DNA of 64,000 nt, taken from NCBI GenBank assembly GCA_964016885.1, contig CAXHJY010000730.1:31897-95896 (forward strand), read 5' to 3'. Of this stretch, positions 54,156 to 64,000 are shown one piece after another. Source of the stretch: Eledone cirrhosa (taxonomy: Eukaryota). The notes under the pieces were generated by a model. It ran no database searches. It was not told where the DNA came from and saw only the letters and a program-made list of their open reading frames with translations. Position 1 is the first letter of the stretch. Each line of letters opens with the position of its first letter. Position numbers and translations under genes: made by a program.

Positions 54156-56836
54156 ATGGATAAACTGGCAACCTTAGCGTCACTGAAGGACATCCCCCTA
54201 CCTGACAAACAAGAATACACCAGTGATCTCATCAAGAGTATGGACTCCCTCATCCGTAGGATGAGATGGAAGGCGTTCCACTTCGAAAGAGGAACGCAGA
54301 AAACTACAAACACTGAAAAGATGGAGTACCTTTTTCGATCAAGGAGGAATCCCCCCCACAACAGACTAATGGAGGAGTTTGAAAACGAGATGATTAACAT
54401 CATATCCAACCTCAAATTCTCCGGAAACCCAACCAGAAGTCAGGAGTACCTCAGACACCTGAGAAACCGGATTACAGTACTTAAAGGGACAACTGGAATA
54501 CTTGTCCATGCTGACAAAACAAACAACATCTACAACATGAACACTGAACTGTACAATAAGCTAATCCGCAGGGAACTGAGGAAGTGCTACAAAAAAACAC
54601 CTGGATTTACCCTGGATGAGATCAATGCCACAGCTTACAGGATTATATCCAGAATCGGCATAGAGGACAGGACGGCCCCATACCAACCAAGGGAGCCGCG
54701 GATTACCCTTAAAGACCACAAGTCAAACTTTGAGTCCGACCTCCCTGTCAGACTAATAGCCCCCTCCAGATCTGACCTAGGGATCATCAGTAAAAGAATA
54801 CTGGATAGGATTTTGCCCAAGCTTTGGAAGAAAACCAAATTACAGCAATGGTCATGCACGAGAGAAGTAATAGAATGGTTCAAAATACTGCAGGAGAAAA
54901 GTAGGACCAGCTTTATACAACTGGACATCGCAAGCTACTACTCCTCAATCTCACCCATAGTACTTAATAAAGCCCTATGTTTAGCGATGTCCAATACGGA
55001 CCTAACCTGAGAGGAGGTGAGCATCATCCACACCGCAAGAAAGACCTTAATCCGCTTCGATGGAGACCTGTGGACCAGGAGTGATTGGCCAAATAACTTT
55101 GACATCACGATGGGCTCCAGCGACTCAGCGCAGGTAACGGACCTGGTTGGGCTCTACCTGCTGAAGCAGATAAAAGATGAAATCCCCTGCCTGGGCGGCG
55201 GATTATATCGTGACGATGCTCTATTCACAGTACATGACCACAGCACCAATATGTTGGAGGGTATGAGGAGGCGCATTCGCCATTTCTTTAAGAACCAGGG
55301 GCTCAGCATAGAAATAGACCCAAATAGAAAGGTAGTTTACTTCCTAGACACCACCCTAAACCAGAACACCGAGCAATACTACCCCTACCACAAGCCCAAC
55401 GAGAAACTCGTATATGTTAACGCCAAATCAAACCACCCTAGATCCATAACCAAGGCAGTGGTGAAGAGTGTCTCGGACAGGATCTCCAGCCTGTCCGCAA
55501 GTAAGGAAATATTCAACAACCACGCGGAATATTACAACGCAGCTCTAAAGAAGGCGGCACATGGACAAAATATAACATATAGTCCGAAAAGCCGGGAGGT
55601 GGATAGCCCAACAGACACCCACAACCGCGTCGCCAGAGGGGGGAGGGCGAACCCTAACAATACAGGCAGAACAGAATCAAATAGGCACCATGTACCAGAC
55701 ACCACCACACAGGCGGTGGGGACTAGTGCGCTTGACCACGAGATGGAGCACAATATGAGTAGCAGTCTCAGGCGTGACGCTAACTACCCCAGGATGGACA
55801 ACCCCAACCGCAGGACACGTGGGGGGGGGGAAGAAACGGGCGACCACCCCACGATGGATCTCCTGGGGCGGACAACAACCACCCCACAAATCCGGGCCGC
55901 GAAGATAACAAAAAGTATAGAGCCCAAAAGGGAAGCAACAGTGCGGAAACCACCAGCAAACCAACAAATCTCCAACAAATCACGAAGCCCCCAACCCACA
56001 CATATAGGAGGAGACACCGACAAATCACGTGGTACAACCCACCCTACTCAGCGGCCCTAAAGAAAAGCTTGGCCCGATTGTTCTTTGGAGCACTTGACAG
56101 ATGCTTCCCGAGGGACCACAGATACCACAGGATCTTCAACAGACACACTGTGAAGCTTTCGTATTCCACCACGAGAAATTTGGCCCAACACATAGCTAGC
56201 ATCAACAGAAGTAGGCTTAAAAACCACACACAACCAGAAGATGGCAATACAAACACTCAGCAGAACCATGTGAAAGGAGGGAAGGGGGGACCCAGAGCCC
56301 ACCCAAGAAACACAAACAGACCCAAGGACCCCCCACCGAGCATGGGGGAAGACCAACATGTAACACATAATGAGAACCCTAATCTAAGCACGCAGAGGCC
56401 GCCCACCCTCTGCAACTGTAGAAACCCCGAATCATGCCCCCTTGGTAATGAATGTCTCAAGAAGAACATAGTGTACGGTTGTAGGGTTAAAACCCCCAAC
56501 TCCGAACACCTCTACATAGGAGCCACACCAACGAGCTTTAAGGACCGCTGGTACAACCATCGCCATTCATTCAAGAAGGAGGCCAAAAGGAAAAGCACAG
56601 CTCTCTCCGACCTGATCTGGAAGCTTAAGCTGGACAGGACCCCATACTCTCCGGCCTGGTACATAATCAGGAAAGTACCACCCGATAAAGGGGGATCTTG
56701 CATATGCAAACTATGCCTGAACGAGACCCTCGAGATACTAAGAGGTGGAAGCGGCCTGATAAACCTCAGAACCGACTTCTTCGGGACATGCAGACACCTT
56801 AGAGCCGGGACCTTTCTCAAGATATATGGACAGTAG
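54156..56836 (+). CDS. PLE RT plus GIY-YIG endonuclease (~893 aa if repaired); in-frame TGA at 55008 and one frameshift, probably at the G10 run 55821-55830
   Basis: SLKDIP..RRMRWKAF, ADKT, QLDIASYY, TMGSSDSA, LYRDDAL, FLD, SNHP, WYNPPYS, CNC..CPL..C, IVY..YIG, CKLC..E, CRH. Confidence 0.9.
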
Positions 56837-58022
56837 GAACACAAGAAGATGTCCCCTCAAGCTATAGGGACTTCTACAGAACATGAAAACACCTCTCGGC
56901 CAGACCTCCCTCAAGCTATATGGGCAATAACAACACCCTAGGTTGTGAACTCCCCTCAAGCCACAGGGAACAACCCAGGCAGAGCAGACACCATGATAGC
57001 CTAGAGATAGAATCGGACACAGCCATTATAATTTGGCCAACATCTATAACACAAACACTTTTAATTTACCAGATTTCTGACTTTAAAGTTCCAATCTTAA
57101 ATCTTGATTTCTCTTTATTAATTTGTTATTTGTTTTCTGCCCTCTTCACTGTATCACCTTATATTTATTTTAAGGTGAGATAGATTATAACACAAACACA
57201 TTGAATATCTCATCTTAACATCTTGTATCATACCAATCTATCCAACATATTCTGACCTTGAGATTGGTTATAGCACACACACACACTTTATCCTACATTA
57301 TTTCTCACCTCTCCATATACATTATCATTACTTTTTCACCAATCTCTCATTTACTCTTTATTCTTTATTCTCTATTTATTTATTTATTTTCAAATTACAC
57401 AAATTATATTAATTATTTTATTTTATTATATTATTTATTTATTTCCTGTTTTCTTCATTTATTGCCTTATATTTCTTCATATACATGAAAGAACCCCCCC
57501 CCCCACCACCACTACGATGGTGGCGGGAGGGATGAAGAAAAAACACAAACTGGATACTTCTAAATTGTCAGCAGCAGCAAGATATAAGCTGACCACTACA
57601 ACAACAACAGTACCAAAATAATGGTGGAGGTCAAATGTACTGAACAATAGTAGGCATAAACACTACAGGGAGCCTCACCCCAGAAAGAATTCTATAGACT
57701 TCTGACTGAGGAATGCTCTCAGAACAATGGGAAGTTGGACACTTTTTTTGTTATTTTGTTCCTTTAACACCTTGTCCCTTCTACCATTTTATCAATTTTT
57801 AAGCTAACTCCAACAATAACAACACTTAGAATGAGGAATGTTCTAATAACTGACCAATGAGAGGAGAAGGGGACCTGTGACGCGAAAATTCGTTTGTTTG
57901 AATTCATATGACTCCAGTTCCCCAGTGAATTAACAACCCAACAAGGAACTGGGCATATCAGAGTATTGACAATATCATACACCTAAATAACATATGTACT
58001 TGTCTATACCATACTAATTCAA

Positions 58023-58077
58023 ACTGCCTGAAGAGGTCACAGCCAAAGATGGCTGTCACTGAAATATATATAGCAGT
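58023..58077 (+). ncRNA. Hammerhead ribozyme in the 3' pLTR (family J)
   Basis: Identical to 53896-53950. Confidence 0.88.
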
Positions 58078-58126
58078 AATAAACGAAGCTAAATTTTAAT
58101 CATTTGACTTTTATTTAACTTTATTT

Positions 58127-58158
<32 letters not shown>

Positions 58159-58204
58159 ACATGTATATATATATATATATATATATATAATATGTATATA
58201 TATA

Positions 58205-58241
<37 letters not shown>

Positions 58242-58267
58242 GTATATATATAATATGTATATATATA

Positions 58268-58299
<32 letters not shown>

Positions 58300-58447
58300 G
58301 TAATATGTATATATATATATATGTAATATGTATATATATATATATGTATATATATATATAATATGTATATATATATAATATGTATATATATATATATGTA
58401 ATATGTATATATATATATAATATGTATATATATATATAATATGTATA

Positions 58448-60974
58448 TCATCATCGTTTAACGTCCGTGTTCCACGCTTGCATGGGTTTGGACGGGTGAC
58501 ATTGTCTTGGTGAGGTGTAACTGTGTGAGGTCGGAGTTTATCAGCTCGTCCCAGGTTTTTCTGGGTCTGCCTATTCCGTGGCTACCGTCTATCTTTATTG
58601 CCCTGCACTTTGTTATACAGCTATCGTCCTTCATGCGCATCACGTGACCATACCAACGTAGCCTTCTCTCTAGTAAACAACATCTGATCCCTCTTATTTC
58701 TAATTTTTTCCTTAGTTCGTTTATGCTTTGTCGTTCACGTATATTACTATTACACATCCAGCGGAGCATGCAAGCTTCGTTCCTCTCTAGTCTGCGTATA
58801 TCCTCTGCACACAATGCCCAGGTCTCACTGCCATGCAACATTGCTGTTCGTATGCAGGCATCGTACAACCTGCCTTTCATTTTTAGGGAGAACCCTTTAG
58901 CGGCTAATAGTGGTATAAGCTCTCTGAACTTTTTCCACCCAGTTCTGACTCTAGCTACTGTACTTTCAGAGCACCCTCCCCCACTGCTGATTTTGTCACC
59001 CAGGTAACGGAAGCTGTCCACTATTTCTATAGAACCCTCTGTGCAATTGAAAGAGCTAGTATTTTGTGGGCACTTGCTGCTACTTATTGCCCCAGAACAC
59101 CGGCCACATGTAAAATCTATGTTCTTAGTTAGCTTACCTGTGATCCCACTACATCTTTTATGAACCCAAACTTTGTATTTGGGACACAAAATGGAATTTC
59201 TACCTACGCCTTTCCTACACTCTGCGCATGGCCACTTCCCGGAGGGGACCGCCGCCTTATTTTCTTTCTTACAAACTAGAACTTTAGTCTTAGCCAGGTT
59301 AATTTTAAGGCCTTTTGATTCTAGCCCGTGCTTCCAAGTTTGGAATTTCTTCTCTAGCTCGGCCATTGATTCAGCTATGAGCGTTAGATCATCTGCGTAT
59401 AGGAGTTCCCATGGGCAGCCGGTCTTGAACTCCACTGTTATAGCCTGGAGGGCAATAATAAATAGTAGGGGGCTAAGAACAGAGCCCTGATGAACACCAA
59501 CTTTTACACTAAACTCTTCACTATATTCGTTGTTAATTCTAACCTTGCTGACTGTTTCTTTATACATGGCTTGTATAGCTCTCACAAGCCATTCATCGAC
59601 ACCTAGTTTTCTAAGAGCCCACCAGATAATGGAACGGGGGACTCTGTCGAAGGCCTTCTCCAAGTCGACGAAAGCTAAGTATAGGGGTTTACTTTTAGCT
59701 TTCTAGGTACTTCTCCTGTAGTTGTCGTACAATGAAAAGAGCGTCTGTGGTACTTTTTCTTGACACAAACCCGAACTGCATTTCATCTAGATCAATTCGC
59801 TCTCTGATTAGTTGCGCTATTACTTTTTCCGTGACCTTCATGACCTGGTCGATTAATTTAATGCCTCTATAGTTACTCCTATCTAGGGCATCTCCTTTAC
59901 CCTTATAACAGTTAACGATAATGCTGCTACGCCAGTCCTTCGGAACAACCCCATTCTGTATGACTTGGTTGACTATCCGGGTGACCATGGTGTGTCCCAC
60001 CGTACCAGATGCCTTCAGCATCTCGGTAACTATTTCCGAAGGCCCAGCCGCCTTGCCTGTCTTCATATCTTTGATTGCCTTACTTATTTTACTACCCTCG
60101 ACTAACACTGCTGGTCCCTCTATTGGGTCGATGTGGGGGAGACTGTCTTTCTCCCATTTATTCTCCTCATTGAGTAGCCTTTCATAGTGACACTTCCAAG
60201 CTACCTTCTTATCGGCGTCGGTGATGGCAAGTACGCCGTCATCGTTAAGTACACACTTCTCCCCGACAATATCACTGTTTTCCTTGACACATTGCCTGGC
60301 AATCCTGAACACCTCACGTTTTTGGTCCTCACGTTGTAGAACATGCTTGAACTTTCTTTCCTCAGCTTCCCTTCTTGCTAAGTACACTTGTCTCCTAGCT
60401 TCCCTCCTGGCCACTTGATAGTCTTCTCTGCTTCCCCCATCCCGCCATACTTTCCAAGCCTGCTTTTTGGCCTTAATTGACCCCTCCACCTTACTGTTCC
60501 ACCACCATGTTACTCTCCTCCTGCCTACAGGCCTGCTCCAGCCACAGACTTCGTCTGTCGCCGTCAGCAGGTTTGCTTTCAGGAATTCCCACTGTTCCTC
60601 TACCTTGTACGACTCTATTTGCTCTTCCTTACAGTCGAAAGCATCAAGTAATATGCTTTGGAATTTATTTTTGGCTGTGGGGTCCTTTAGCTTCCATATT
60701 TTTCTCATGAGGGTAGTCCTCTTCTGTTGCCTAGTACGTCTCGTCCTGACTATTAGGTCGCTAATTATCAGTCTATGTTGGGAGGTGCATTCTTCATGGG
60801 GGAGGGATTTAGTGTTTACCACAGTCACTTTGTCACGTCTTCTGGTAAGGATATAATCTACCTGGCTGGTATATTCCCCTGAACTGTAGGTGATCAAGTG
60901 ATTGTCTCGTTTTTGAAGTTAGTGTTGCAGATAGTTAGGTTATTTGCGTCACAGAATTCCAGGATTCTGGAGCC

Positions 60975-60977
<3 letters not shown>
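58448..60977 (-). mobile_element. 5'-truncated, young RTE LINE (ORFs 59695-60897 and 58458-59663, one frameshift)
   Basis: End of APE, RT with LLYADD, Cys-rich region, (GAT)n tail. Confidence 0.93.
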
Positions 60978-61004
<27 letters not shown>

Positions 61005-61012
<8 letters not shown>

Positions 61013-61417
61013 AGATCAAAAGATGGTTAAAGGAGTTCCATGTATTTTATTATGCGCATTTCAAAAACAAACATCATCATGCAATAATATTTGTGTTTTC
61101 ATCAGATAAAACAGGAGAACATGATATGAAGGCTAAAAAACACATGTGGATAGTGCAGTTTTAAATCAACATATGAAAAGTGGTTTTAGATTGATGTGTG
61201 ATATTGGGAAAAATATTTTAATATCACACATCAATCTAAAACCACTTTTCATATGTTGATTTAAAACTGCACTATCCACAAGTGTTTTTTAGCCTTCATA
61301 TCATGTTCTCCTGTTTTATCTGATGAAAACACAAGTATTATTGCATGATGATGTTTGTTTTTGAAATGCGCATAATAAAATACATGGAACTCCTTTAACC
61401 ATCTTTTGATCTTATAT

Positions 61418-61420
<3 letters not shown>
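61005..61420. mobile_element. Short foldback copy of family B: 201-bp arms, 14-nt loop, intact HHR cores at 61045-61111 (-) and 61314-61380 (+)
   Basis: Near-perfect palindrome matching the ends of 2576-4733; (TA)n on both sides. Confidence 0.9.

Positions 61421-64000
<2,580 letters not shown>

Larger units (their letters stand above)
53851..58128 (+). mobile_element. Full-length Penelope-like retroelement, Naiad-type, with direct pLTRs, inserted in (TA)n
   Basis: Identical 151-bp repeats 53851-54001 and 57978-58128 enclosing an RT plus GIY-YIG ORF. Confidence 0.92.

Noticed and set aside
57906-57958. SECIS-like hairpin in the Naiad 3'UTR (ATGA, stem, AA in loop)
   Set aside because: No GA on the 3' side for the quartet; atatg pairs canonically with catat

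Overview
Eukaryotic, AT-rich, repeat-saturated DNA; the repeat repertoire and (TA)n/(TATG)n tracts suggest an octopod cephalopod (inference). The only host gene seen is the 3' end of AP2M1 (AP-2 complex subunit mu): two coding exons (26985-27096, 29730-29864) joined by a GC-AG intron. The rest is RTE and CR1-like LINE copies, SINEs, Tc1/hAT/piggyBac remnants and microsatellites; most supplied long ORFs are (TA)n artefacts. The notable system is a dense population of Penelope-like element (PLE) sequences carrying type I minimal hammerhead ribozymes (HHRs). It includes one near-intact Naiad-type PLE (53851-58128, identical 151-bp HHR-bearing pLTRs), a second Naiad fragment, and at least eight other short, foldback or retrozyme-like HHR families (about 19 complete core motifs read by eye), mostly inside (TA)n. 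Several families share a covarying bulged hairpin that starts 2-3 nt beyond the element terminus, and three share ATATGCAAAT upstream of the HHR. All RNA structures were folded by eye; none is experimentally or computationally confirmed.
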